This document shows, one piece after another, positions 1 to 7,449 of a stretch of 19,647 nucleotides of DNA. Source of the stretch: Thermofilaceae archaeon (GTDB lineage: Archaea; Thermoproteota; Thermoprotei; Thermofilales; Thermofilaceae). The translations under genes and the position numbers were made by a program. Each line of letters opens with the position of its first letter. The stretch's first letter is position 1. The notes beneath the pieces are model-generated. The model saw only the letters and a list, made by a program, of their open reading frames with translations, searched no databases and was not told the origin of the DNA. Where the stretch lies: positions 1-19,647 of the forward strand of contig JAVYWK010000031.1 in the NCBI GenBank assembly GCA_038727095.1. Direction: 5' to 3'.

Positions 1-36
1 GGCAGCGATCGTGACGCTCACCCCGGCGTCCGTCAT
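1..36 (-). CDS. 5' end of a gene running off the window (MTDAGVSVTIAA...), product unknown
   Basis: ATG at 36 lies 15 nt after the stop of the asparagine synthetase gene on the same strand, with purine-rich GGAG/GAGG upstream. The frame is open to the window edge but is only 12 codons long. Confidence 0.4.
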   Translation of the reverse strand, partial: MTDAGVSVTIAA

Positions 37-51
37 CCTCGCCGTGCTCCT

Positions 52-1107
52 TCAAGGCGTGGGGGCGATCCCTGGTAGCTTCGGGTAGGGCCTCGCCTCC
101 CAAACGGCTGGGAGGCCGCAAACGAACCTGGTCAACCTCTCCACGCCGATCCCGAAGCCAGCCGAGGGGGAGACCCCCGTCTTCAGCATGTCCAGGTACC
201 AGCTGTACTCGGCCGGGTTCTCGCCGCTATCTATCAAGCGCTGCAGTACTCTGCCGTACTCGTACTCGCGCTCAGCCCCCGAAGCAGCTTCCCCGAAGCC
301 CTCCGGGTACACCAAGTCGAAGTCCCTGAGGATGCCGGGCCTCTCAGGGTCCTCCCGATCGTAAAAGCCCCTCGCCGTCTTCGGGTAGTCGATTATGAAG
401 AAGGGGCAGTCGAAGCTGGCGCTCAACGCGACCTCCGCCTCCCACGGGATCTCCTCGCCCAACTTCACCGCGTAGCCCATTCCACCGGCCAGCTTTACAG
501 CCTGCTCGTAGGTGATCCTCGGGAAAGGCGGCCTGTACTGCTCCATGTCGCGTCCCAGCGCCTCCAGGTCCCTCCAGTTATCCTCCAGGACTCGGCCGAC
601 GACGTAGCAGAGCAAACCCTCTGCGATCCTCATCGCGTCCTCGTAGCTAGCCCTCCTCACCTCTATGTCCACCTGGAAGAACTCGGCCAAGTGCCTACCC
701 GTCAGGAGGGCTTCGGGCTTCTCCAGGCGAACGTTCGGGGAGACGAAGTAGATCCTGCCCAGTACGTGCGCCATCATCTGCTTGTAGAGGATGGCGCTGC
801 TCATCACCTTGTACTTGTGCCCGTAGAACTCGACGACGGCCTGCTGAGCCCCCCTTATCCCGGGGTCGGTGGCGGGACCAATGATAGGTGGCAGCAGCTC
901 AGTGAAACCCCTAGCATCCAGGTACTCGCGGATCGCCCTCAGAATCGTGGCTTGAACCCTGAAGACCCGCGTGTACTTAGACTCGCTGCAGTACAGGTAG
1001 TAGCACTTCGAGAGCTTCTCCGACAGCTTCGCGGCGAGCGTAGCGCCGTCGCTCTTCGCGTACTTCTCGAACCACTCGACGGACGGGTGCAGCCGAACGA
1101 TTTTCAC
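52..1107 (-). CDS. asnA: Archaeal asparagine synthetase A (AsnRS2 / AS-AR; class II aaRS catalytic domain only)
   Basis: Class IIb motifs LLPPIIGPATDPG, SPNVRLE..RHLAEFFQVDIE, EAASGAERE and PSAGFGIGVERL are present, with no N-terminal anticodon-binding OB domain. The ORF track starts at 1188. GTG at 1107 is preferred because of GGGAG just upstream and TTCATAT at -30..-24. Confidence 0.88.
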   Translation of the reverse strand: MKIVRLHPSVEWFEKYAKSDGATLAAKLSEKLSKCYYLYCSESKYTRVFRVQATILRAIREYLDARGFTELLPPIIGPATDPGIRGAQQAVVEFYGHKYKVMSSAILYKQMMAHVLGRIYFVSPNVRLEKPEALLTGRHLAEFFQVDIEVRRASYEDAMRIAEGLLCYVVGRVLEDNWRDLEALGRDMEQYRPPFPRITYEQAVKLAGGMGYAVKLGEEIPWEAEVALSASFDCPFFIIDYPKTARGFYDREDPERPGILRDFDLVYPEGFGEAASGAEREYEYGRVLQRLIDSGENPAEYSWYLDMLKTGVSPSAGFGIGVERLTRFVCGLPAVWEARPYPKLPGIAPTP

Positions 1108-1268
1108 GCTCCCTGCTCCAGATGGAACGGATATGAACCTACCTGTCAACTCGACGGAATAAAACGAGTTTAATTTACACTCAGCCATTAAAGCATAAAA
1201 TATCGGTCAAGTATACGGGAAATTTGCGTAGTTTTTAGTCGAAATGACATGGGGGTGGCTGCTCGGCT

Positions 1269-2486
1269 TTAGCCCTGCCTACTCGAGCTCTCCCCGAAGG
1301 CCTTGAGGAACTGCTCCCGCGCCTCCCTAAGGCTTACGCCCTTCCGCCTCGAGTACCGCTCGAGGTCGGCGGCCTCCGGTTTCACCCTAACGATCCTCCC
1401 CTCCCCGTCGTACGCGATCTTCGCTCGCACGCGCTCTCCCGAGACCTCGACTTCAACGGTTTCGCGCCTGAGCTTCAACCTGTCGGCCACGGTCCAGCGG
1501 ACGCCCAGCGTGCCGAGCTCCTTCATCATGAGCTGCGCCAGCTCTCGGGCTCGAGAGGGCTCCGCTAGCACCTGCACTATGAACGCTGGTCTCCCCTTCT
1601 TCCCCACCGCTGGGATCGTGTACACGTCCAAAGCTCCCCTCTCCATCAGGAGATCCCTCGCGTAGGCGAGGAGCTCTCCGTCCACGTCATCAACGTTCGT
1701 CTCGAGCACGGCGACCCTATCGCGGAGCTCGCCGCCGGTTAGCTTCACCTCGTAGGCGATCAGGGGTTGAACCCCGTAATCCCTCGACCCCGCCCCGTAG
1801 CCAACTCTCGCAACCTCGAGCGCCGGCGTTTCAGCCAGAAACTCGTCGGCGAGCGCGGCGAGCACTGCAACCCCGGTTGGCGTCGCCAGTTCCCCCTCCA
1901 CAGGCCCAAGCCGGAAGGGAATCCCCCTTAGCCTCAGGATCTCCCTCGTAGCAGGTGCCGGTGATGAGACTAGCCCGTGCGCTGTCCTGACGGGGCCGCC
2001 GCCGACCGCTACGGGTGTAGCCATTACCCTGCACCCCGCCAACCCTAGACTCTCGATTAGGAGCGGGGCTGCAACAACGTCGAACAGGGTGTCAGCCGAA
2101 GCCAGCTCGTGGAGGTGCACCCCACCGCCACCGTGCACGGCCGCCTCAGCCTCCTCCATGAGCTTGAGAGCCGCCCGAGCTGTCCCGTAGACGTAGTCTG
2201 AGAGGTTGAGAGTCGAGCGGAGCCTTTCGAGAGCAACGTAGAAGTCTGGGAACCCCCTTTCCGCTTCGGTCTCATCGATCCTCAGATCCAGCCTGACGGC
2301 TCGAACTCCAGCCCTTTCCACTCTCTCGAGCGAGACTTTGAAGCCGCGCACCCCATCAAGGACGGAGGGTAGCGCGGAGGCCAACTCGTGTAGCCGGTTT
2401 ACGTCAGCCCCCATGTCCAGCAAGGCGGCGGTGAGCATGTCGCCTGAAACGCCGGAGACCGACGCGTCGATCAGGAGCGCTCGCAT
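1269..2486 (-). CDS. larC: Nickel pincer cofactor biosynthesis protein LarC (nickel insertase)
   Basis: Motifs DASVSGVSGDM..AALLDMG, EAAVHG..VHLHE..SADTLFD, PAPAT, GELATPTG.A, GYGAG, LETNVDD, GKKGRP and GTLGVR; adjacent to larB/larE. Confidence 0.95.
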   Translation of the reverse strand: MRALLIDASVSGVSGDMLTAALLDMGADVNRLHELASALPSVLDGVRGFKVSLERVERAGVRAVRLDLRIDETEAERGFPDFYVALERLRSTLNLSDYVYGTARAALKLMEEAEAAVHGGGGVHLHELASADTLFDVVAAPLLIESLGLAGCRVMATPVAVGGGPVRTAHGLVSSPAPATREILRLRGIPFRLGPVEGELATPTGVAVLAALADEFLAETPALEVARVGYGAGSRDYGVQPLIAYEVKLTGGELRDRVAVLETNVDDVDGELLAYARDLLMERGALDVYTIPAVGKKGRPAFIVQVLAEPSRARELAQLMMKELGTLGVRWTVADRLKLRRETVEVEVSGERVRAKIAYDGEGRIVRVKPEAADLERYSRRKGVSLREAREQFLKAFGESSSRQG

Positions 2487-2499
2487 CCCTCGTCTACCG

Positions 2500-2516
2500 A
2501 AGCGATACTTATCAGC
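2500..2516. promoter_or_regulatory. Putative shared TATA element of the divergent larC / larB promoter
   Basis: The 50-bp intergenic gap has a single AT patch (GATACTTATCA), about 23-28 nt before larB ATG 2537 and a similar distance before larC ATG 2486. Confidence 0.45.
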
Positions 2517-2536
2517 CTTTCCCCCCGAACCCCCTT

Positions 2537-3337
2537 ATGAGTGTCAGGGAGGTTTTGGAGGCGGTAGCGAGAGGTTCGATCAGCGTAGAGGAGGCTGAGA
2601 GGAGGCTTCGCCTGCTCACCCTGGAGATCGTTGGGGACTACGCGAGGCTGGACGTGGGTAGGGAGCTGCGGAGGGGGGTTCCTGAAATCGTGCTAGGCGA
2701 TGTGAAGAGGGTGGACGAGTTGGTCGAGATCATCAGGAGGAAGCTACCAGCCGCAGGCAGAGTGATCGTGAGCAGGGTTGGTAGGAGGAAGGTTGAAGCC
2801 ATCATCGGGGAGTTGAAGCCGGCTAGCTACAGGTACGAGGAGAGGGCCAGAATCCTCGTCGTGTACGGAGAGGGCTTCCAGCCGCGCAAGACGGGTGGAC
2901 GGGTGGCGCTGCTGAGCGGCGGGACCGCCGACATACCCGTCGCTGAGGAGGCCAGGGTCGTAGCGGAGGAAATGGGCTGCGAAGTCAGGTGCTGGTACGA
3001 CGTGGGTGTCGCGGCGCTGCACAGGGCTGTCCAAGCGGTCAGGGAGGCGCTGGAATGGGGGGCTGACGCCATGATCGTCGCCGCGGGCCGGGAGGCGGCT
3101 CTCGCCTCCGTGGTGGCGAGCCTAGCCGACGTGCCCGTCGTAGGGCTGCCCGTGTCCGTGGGCTACGGCTTCGCTGGCCAAGGGTTGAGCGCTCTCGCCT
3201 CCATGCTCCAGTCCTGCCCCCTCGGCCTAGCCGTTGTGAACATCGACGCTGGGGTGGCAGCCGGGGTTTTCGCAGCCATGGTGGCTAACGCGGTGGCGAG
3301 AGCTAGGGCGGCAGGGAGTAAAGGTGGTGGCTCGTGA
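2537..3337 (+). CDS. larB: Nickel pincer cofactor biosynthesis protein LarB (PurE-like carboxylase/hydrolase)
   Basis: Motifs ARLD..RELRRGVPE, GTADIPVAEEA, DVGVAALHR, AGREAALASVV, PVSVGYG and MLQSC..GLAVVNID. Confidence 0.95.
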   Translation: MSVREVLEAVARGSISVEEAERRLRLLTLEIVGDYARLDVGRELRRGVPEIVLGDVKRVDELVEIIRRKLPAAGRVIVSRVGRRKVEAIIGELKPASYRYEERARILVVYGEGFQPRKTGGRVALLSGGTADIPVAEEARVVAEEMGCEVRCWYDVGVAALHRAVQAVREALEWGADAMIVAAGREAALASVVASLADVPVVGLPVSVGYGFAGQGLSALASMLQSCPLGLAVVNIDAGVAAGVFAAMVANAVARARAAGSKGGGS

Positions 3338-4182
3338 CCTCCCCGGGGAGTCAACCCAATAAGCTCGAGAGGCTGATCGAGTGGTTCAAGGAGCTGGGCG
3401 GCCCCGTTGTGGTAGCCTTCTCCGGAGGCGTGGACAGCAGCCTGGTTCTGAAGGCCGCTGCCGACGCTCTCGGCCCCTCCCAGGTGTACGCGGTGACGGT
3501 TGAGAGCCCTCTCCACCCGGCTTCAGAAATCAGGGTTGCGAGGGAGGTGGCCTCGCGCCTGGGGGTCAACCACGTAGTCGTGCGGGGTGACGAGCTCGAG
3601 GACGACAATGTCGTGAGCAACCCGCCCAACCGCTGCTACTACTGCAAGAAGAGGATCGTCGCTAAGATGAAGGAGGTGGCTGCCCGGGTCGGGGCGGTGG
3701 CGATTGTCGACGGTACCAACGCGGAGGACTTGATGGGCCGCAGGCCGGGCCTCAAGGCGCTGAGGGAGGAGGGTGTGAGGAGCCCGCTCCTCGAGCTCGG
3801 TTTCACGAAGAGCGAAGTCCGAACCGCAGCCAGAGCCCTGGGTCTACCGAACTGGGATAAGCCGTCGGCAGCCTGCCTGGCGTCCAGGATCCCCTACGGC
3901 GTGAGGATCACCGTGGATAAGCTCTCTAGGATCGAGAGGGCTGAGGAGCTGGTGAGAGCCATTACGGGCGCGCGGGTCGTCAGGGTGAGGGATCACGGCA
4001 ATGTAGCGAGGATCGAGGTGGGGAGGGAGGAGAGGAAACTCCTCTTCTCCGAGGAAATCATGGACGCGCTGGCGCGCGAGCTCAAAAACCTCGGCTGGAG
4101 GTATATCGCTCTAGACCTGGAGGGCTACAGGACGGGCAGCTTAGATGAAGTGCTTGGGAGAGCGGCTGCGCAAGAAGCCTAA
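3334..4182 (+). CDS. larE: ATP-dependent sulfur transferase LarE
   Basis: PP-loop AFSGGVDS, NPPNRCYYCK, DGTN..D...RPG, SPL, WDKPSAACLASRIPYG, RVRDHG..ARIE and LDLEGYRTGS; 4-bp GTGA overlap with the larB stop. Confidence 0.95.
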   Translation: MTSPGSQPNKLERLIEWFKELGGPVVVAFSGGVDSSLVLKAAADALGPSQVYAVTVESPLHPASEIRVAREVASRLGVNHVVVRGDELEDDNVVSNPPNRCYYCKKRIVAKMKEVAARVGAVAIVDGTNAEDLMGRRPGLKALREEGVRSPLLELGFTKSEVRTAARALGLPNWDKPSAACLASRIPYGVRITVDKLSRIERAEELVRAITGARVVRVRDHGNVARIEVGREERKLLFSEEIMDALARELKNLGWRYIALDLEGYRTGSLDEVLGRAAAQEA

Positions 4183-4370
4183 CCCGGCTGAAAGTGCCTT
4201 GCATCACCCGCCACCAGAGCGCCCACCGCGCGTGAGCAGCCCTCTATTCCGCACGCCCCCTCCGACTTGACGCGCCTACAAAGCTGCTCCTCGATGGAGC
4301 CTTCGGAGCGTATCTGCGTTTTTCTCGCGAGAGAGAAAGATCTTGCCTCGCTCGAGCTAACTGCTGTCGA

Positions 4371-5030
4371 CTACCCTGGGACCATCAGGGGAAGCAGCAG
4401 TGCGAAGAGGAGAGAGGGGAGCAGGTCCCCGACTCTGACTCGCCTCAGGTTGAGCAGGTTGATCCCCACCCCGAGCAGGAGGACACCTCCGCACACGGTT
4501 AGCGTGCTAACCGAGCTTGGGGGCAGCGAAGCCTTGAGGAGCCAACCGAGCAGGGCGAGGGAACCTTGAAAGGCGAGTAGGGGGATTGAGCTCGCCATTA
4601 CGCCCCAGCCGAGCGTGGCAGCGTAGGCTATCGAAACCGTGCCGTCCATCACGGACTTCGTCAGGATGATGGAGGGATCGCCCATCCCGTCCATGAGTGA
4701 GCCCACAACCGTCATCGGCCCCACGCAGTAGGTGAGAAAGGCTGTCATCAAGCCCTCCGCGAACCCTGAGCCCCCGGCCCTGGATGCCAGCGACGACATG
4801 CGCTCCTCCAGCCTGACGAAGTGGCCGAGGAGCGCGCCCAGCAGAAGGGAGAAGACCACTATGATCGGGTTGGCCTTCTCCAAGGCCATGCTCGCCCCGA
4901 GGGCTAAGGTGAAAAGGCCCACAGCCTCCCTCAAGAGCTCCAGCGCGCTCTTCGGAACCTGCCTCCTCAAGGCCAACCCACCGATCGAGCCCGCGACGAC
5001 GGCAGCCGCGTTAACAATCGTGCCGAGCAC
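4371..5030 (-). CDS. DUF554 family membrane protein (YqgA/YdfK-like)
   Basis: Motifs MLGTIVN, GLMTAFLTYCVGPMTVVGSLMDG.GD..IILTKSVMDG, FQG and C-terminal RVGDLLPSL; hydrophobic throughout; AATTAAG about 21-27 nt upstream of the start. Confidence 0.9.
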   Translation of the reverse strand: MLGTIVNAAAVVAGSIGGLALRRQVPKSALELLREAVGLFTLALGASMALEKANPIIVVFSLLLGALLGHFVRLEERMSSLASRAGGSGFAEGLMTAFLTYCVGPMTVVGSLMDGMGDPSIILTKSVMDGTVSIAYAATLGWGVMASSIPLLAFQGSLALLGWLLKASLPPSSVSTLTVCGGVLLLGVGINLLNLRRVRVGDLLPSLLFALLLPLMVPG

Positions 5031-5183
5031 GGGGCGTGGATCACCGGGAGCTTAATTCCTTGTCTCCACGGGCTCCGCAGGTGTAGCATTTGGAAGCGAA
5101 GAGAACGCGTTTACAGACCCGGTGTAGCTTCCAGCCTCGCCTCCAACACCGGCTGAGCTATGCAGGCTTACACCTGGCGCGAC

Positions 5184-5399
5184 TTAGCTTTGAAAGAGAG
5201 CTTCGCCCCAGCGGCTGCGGTAAGTAATCTCACTGAGCGCTTTTCTGTCCGTGACGGGCCCTTTCTCTTCAGCTGGGTAGCCGATCGCTATCATCGCGAC
5301 TATTCTGGCACCGTTGGGTAACTTGAGGAGTTTTTTGAGATCGTCCTCCTCGTCGTGATGGACTCCGATCCAGCAGGTTCCCAAACCTAAGCTGTGTGC
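5184..5399 (-). pseudogene. Nitroreductase family, C-terminal fragment only
   Basis: Reads AHSLGLGTCWIG...LKKLLKLP....VAMIAIGYPAE....DRKALSEI, a typical nitroreductase C-terminus. An in-frame TAA at 5421-5423 closes the frame and the N-terminal half is absent. Confidence 0.8.
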
Positions 5400-5526
5400 T
5401 GGATTTCTGTAGTGGAGACTTTATGTTTGGTTTTTGCTCCTATGTTTCAACTATTTTAACAGCTATCAGCGGCGATTCTAATCCTAGAATCTGCTCGATT
5501 TTTAGGCTAACGACTTTATTTTCCAT
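5400..5526 (-). pseudogene. DUF169-like protein, N-terminal fragment with internal stop
   Basis: Manual translation from ATG 5526 gives MENKVVSLKIEQILGLESPLIAVKIVET*EQKPNIKSPLQKS, which resembles the DUF169 N-terminus (ILGL..P.AVK). It has TAG at 5440-5442 and is cut off at about 5400. Confidence 0.6.
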
Positions 5527-5554
5527 TTCTTTAGGCTTAAGTCATTTTGGCTTG

Positions 5555-6025
5555 CTATATTTTTGCTTCGTCGATTACTATTTTGGCTATTTTCTTGACG
5601 TCTGCCTCGTAGATGTCAAGTGTGGGTACTTTTTGCAGGTATTTGGATATGTCAATTTCGTAGTCGATTCTTTTCCCAGCTTTCTCCAGGACTTTTGAGG
5701 CGCAGCGGTTGCCACACCCGTTTATGACAATGTTCCTTTTTGCTTTTTCTGCAATTTCCAAGTGTGGCTTTGAGCCTGCCGCAACAGCGGTTATGCAGCA
5801 CATTCTAGCCTTACCCATGTTTGTAAGCAGAACGCCTACTGCATGCCCTATTTGGCCAACGTTAGCTGCTCCGTCGCAAACCCAAACGATATTTTCATGC
5901 TCGGCAACCTTATGGCAAGGTGGAAGAATCTTAGGTGTTGCAGCATCTTTATACTCGTCGGCTAATTTCTTTGGTTTTCCCCGATCATTTCCTCCGTTAT
6001 TCTTCAGAATCCCTTCAGTATTCAT
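5555..6025 (-). CDS. DGC-domain putative zinc-binding protein
   Basis: Cys pattern C-D-G-A-A-N-V-G-Q ... ARMCC ... INGCGNRCASKVLEKAG matches the DGC family. Confidence 0.85.
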   Translation of the reverse strand: MNTEGILKNNGGNDRGKPKKLADEYKDAATPKILPPCHKVAEHENIVWVCDGAANVGQIGHAVGVLLTNMGKARMCCITAVAAGSKPHLEIAEKAKRNIVINGCGNRCASKVLEKAGKRIDYEIDISKYLQKVPTLDIYEADVKKIAKIVIDEAKI

Positions 6026-6209
6026 GTACGCCAGCCTCCCTTAGGGCCTCTTTAAATGTTCCTTCGCTTGGGCAAATGCCTATTATGCGTATATCCTTGT
6101 CAATGATAATGGCTGGGCTTGCCGCTATGCCATACTCGCTTAGTTTTGGGTTTATTCCACGGTAGATTTCAATCTCGATCTTATCCTTACTTTTATCTTC
6201 TCTACGAGT
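6015..6209 (-). pseudogene. Small thioredoxin-like (MTH895/Thioredoxin_3 type) protein remnant
   Basis: Manual translation gives ..KDKIEIEIYRGINPKLSEYGIAASPAIIIDKDIRIIGICPSEGTFKEALREAGVHEY*, with a thioredoxin cis-Pro region (YG...SPAIII). There is no start after the upstream TAA at 6210-6212 and no CxxC. KLVEKIK occurs in a shifted frame just upstream. Confidence 0.65.
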
Positions 6210-6260
6210 TTATGCCAAAAGAAACTATACAAGGTACATAGGAAGTGGCAAAGCAGCTGG

Positions 6261-7403
6261 TTATGGGCTTGCCCTTAGAATGGCGCCATTCTTGACGGTT
6301 TGCACCTGCACAATGGATGCTAAAACCGCGTTGTGGATCAACCTTCTAGCCCTCTGTATGCACTGGTTCTCCCTAGTCGGGTGCACGCGGTTGGTCAGCA
6401 GAACGATGAAGATGCCGAGCTCCGGGTCGATCCAGAGGGATGTCCCTGTGAAACCCGTGTGGCCGTACGCTCTGGGTGACATCAAGTCGCCGCAGCTGCA
6501 GGGCCTGCAGTTGAGAGCCCAACCGAGGCCGCGGCACTCGTTGAGGCCCTGCGTGTGGTTTCTCGTGGCGAGCTCCACAGTTAACGGGCTTAGAACCCTC
6601 GCACCGTTGAAGGAGCCCTTGTTGAGCCACATCTGCGCGTAGACGGCTAGGTCGGCCGCTGTGGAGAAGAGGCCCGCGTGGCCAGCCACGCCCCCCATGA
6701 ACCAGGCGTTCTCGTCGTGAACTTCACCCTTCAGAACCCTACCCCTCAGCCTGCAGAACTCCGTCGCAGCGGCCCGCTCCTTGAGATCCCCCTCTGGGTT
6801 GAAGGTTGTCTCACGCATCCCTAAAGGCTTGAGCACCAGCTCGCTAACCACCCTGTCTAGGCTCTCTCCCGTCACCATCTCGATTATGCGGCCGAGCAGG
6901 ATGAAGCCCAGGTCGCTGTAGACAACCTTTGAGCCGGGCTCGTACTCAAGGTTCACGCTGGCAACATAGCTGTAGACCTCCTCCCTCCTCGACAGGAGGG
7001 AGTAGAGGGGGAGGTGGGCCGGTAAGCCTGAAGTGTGCGTGAGCAGGTGCCAAACCCTCACTCTGGCTTTCGAGCCGCTACTGAAGGCTGGGAAGTACGT
7101 GGAAACCGGGTCGTCGAGGCTCAGCTCACCCCTCTCCACGAGCCTTAAGACGACCGGCGTTGTGGCGACAACCTTCGTCAAGCTGGCTAGATCGAAGACA
7201 GCGTCTGTAGTCATGGGGCGCTTCTCGGGGAATAACTGGGAGTACCCGTAGGCCCTATACAAGACCACCCGACCGCCCCTCGCCACGAGCAGGACGGCAC
7301 CGGGGAAGCAGCCAGCCTCAACCAGGAGCGTTAGAAGGTGATCGACCGTGGCCAGCCTCTCAGGGTCGAAGCCGTGCTCCTCGGGCCTACCGCTGGGGAG
7401 CAT
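6261..7403 (-). CDS. Beta-lactamase (AmpC)-fold serine hydrolase; likely AmiE/NamA-like N-acetylmuramyl-L-alanine amidase
   Basis: SxxK (FDLASLTK), LLTHTSGL, YSDLGF, GEVHDENA, GHAGLFS, GHTGFTGT and LLTNR. Divergent from murK-murQ-namZ; no signal peptide visible. Confidence 0.8.
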   Translation of the reverse strand: MLPSGRPEEHGFDPERLATVDHLLTLLVEAGCFPGAVLLVARGGRVVLYRAYGYSQLFPEKRPMTTDAVFDLASLTKVVATTPVVLRLVERGELSLDDPVSTYFPAFSSGSKARVRVWHLLTHTSGLPAHLPLYSLLSRREEVYSYVASVNLEYEPGSKVVYSDLGFILLGRIIEMVTGESLDRVVSELVLKPLGMRETTFNPEGDLKERAAATEFCRLRGRVLKGEVHDENAWFMGGVAGHAGLFSTAADLAVYAQMWLNKGSFNGARVLSPLTVELATRNHTQGLNECRGLGWALNCRPCSCGDLMSPRAYGHTGFTGTSLWIDPELGIFIVLLTNRVHPTRENQCIQRARRLIHNAVLASIVQVQTVKNGAILRASP

Positions 7404-7414
7404 GGTGGAGCCAC

Positions 7415-7432
7415 GTTAAAGAGAATAATAAC
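7415..7432. promoter_or_regulatory. Putative bidirectional TATA region between the amiE-like gene and the murK operon
   Basis: AATAATA at 7424-7430 is 20-26 nt before GTG 7450 on the + strand. Read as TTATTATT on the - strand, it is about 21-28 nt before ATG 7403. Confidence 0.5.
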
Positions 7433-7449
7433 CCTTGCTCGTTGCCGCT

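Larger units (their letters stand above)
5396..6240. other. AT-rich, horizontally acquired relic island
   Basis: Hand count for 5401-5460 is 20/60 G+C, against visibly about 60% or more in the flanking genes. The segment contains broken genes. Confidence 0.7.

Noticed and set aside
52-1107. Asparaginyl/aspartyl-tRNA synthetase
   Set aside because: It lacks the anticodon-binding domain, and its size and motifs fit the AsnRS2 asparagine synthetase.
691-1173. 160-aa + strand ORF, and the many other antisense or nested ORFs (e.g. 11187-11738, 15196-16083, 17206-17775)
   Set aside because: They are shadow frames of well-supported genes in GC-rich DNA, with no recognisable motifs.
4323-4332. 10-bp palindrome TCTCGCGAGA between the convergent larE and DUF554 genes
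   Set aside because: It is short, occurs once and has no poly-T tail, so it cannot be distinguished from chance.
5396-5698. 100-aa Phe-rich + strand ORF that looks like a membrane protein
   Set aside because: It is antisense to the Lys-rich DGC and DUF169-like sequences, so the hydrophobicity is an artefact of complementing AAA codons.
6261-7403. Interpretation as an antibiotic-resistance beta-lactamase
   Set aside because: It has no signal peptide, YSD rather than YxN, and the murQ/namZ context favours an AmiE-like amidase or esterase.
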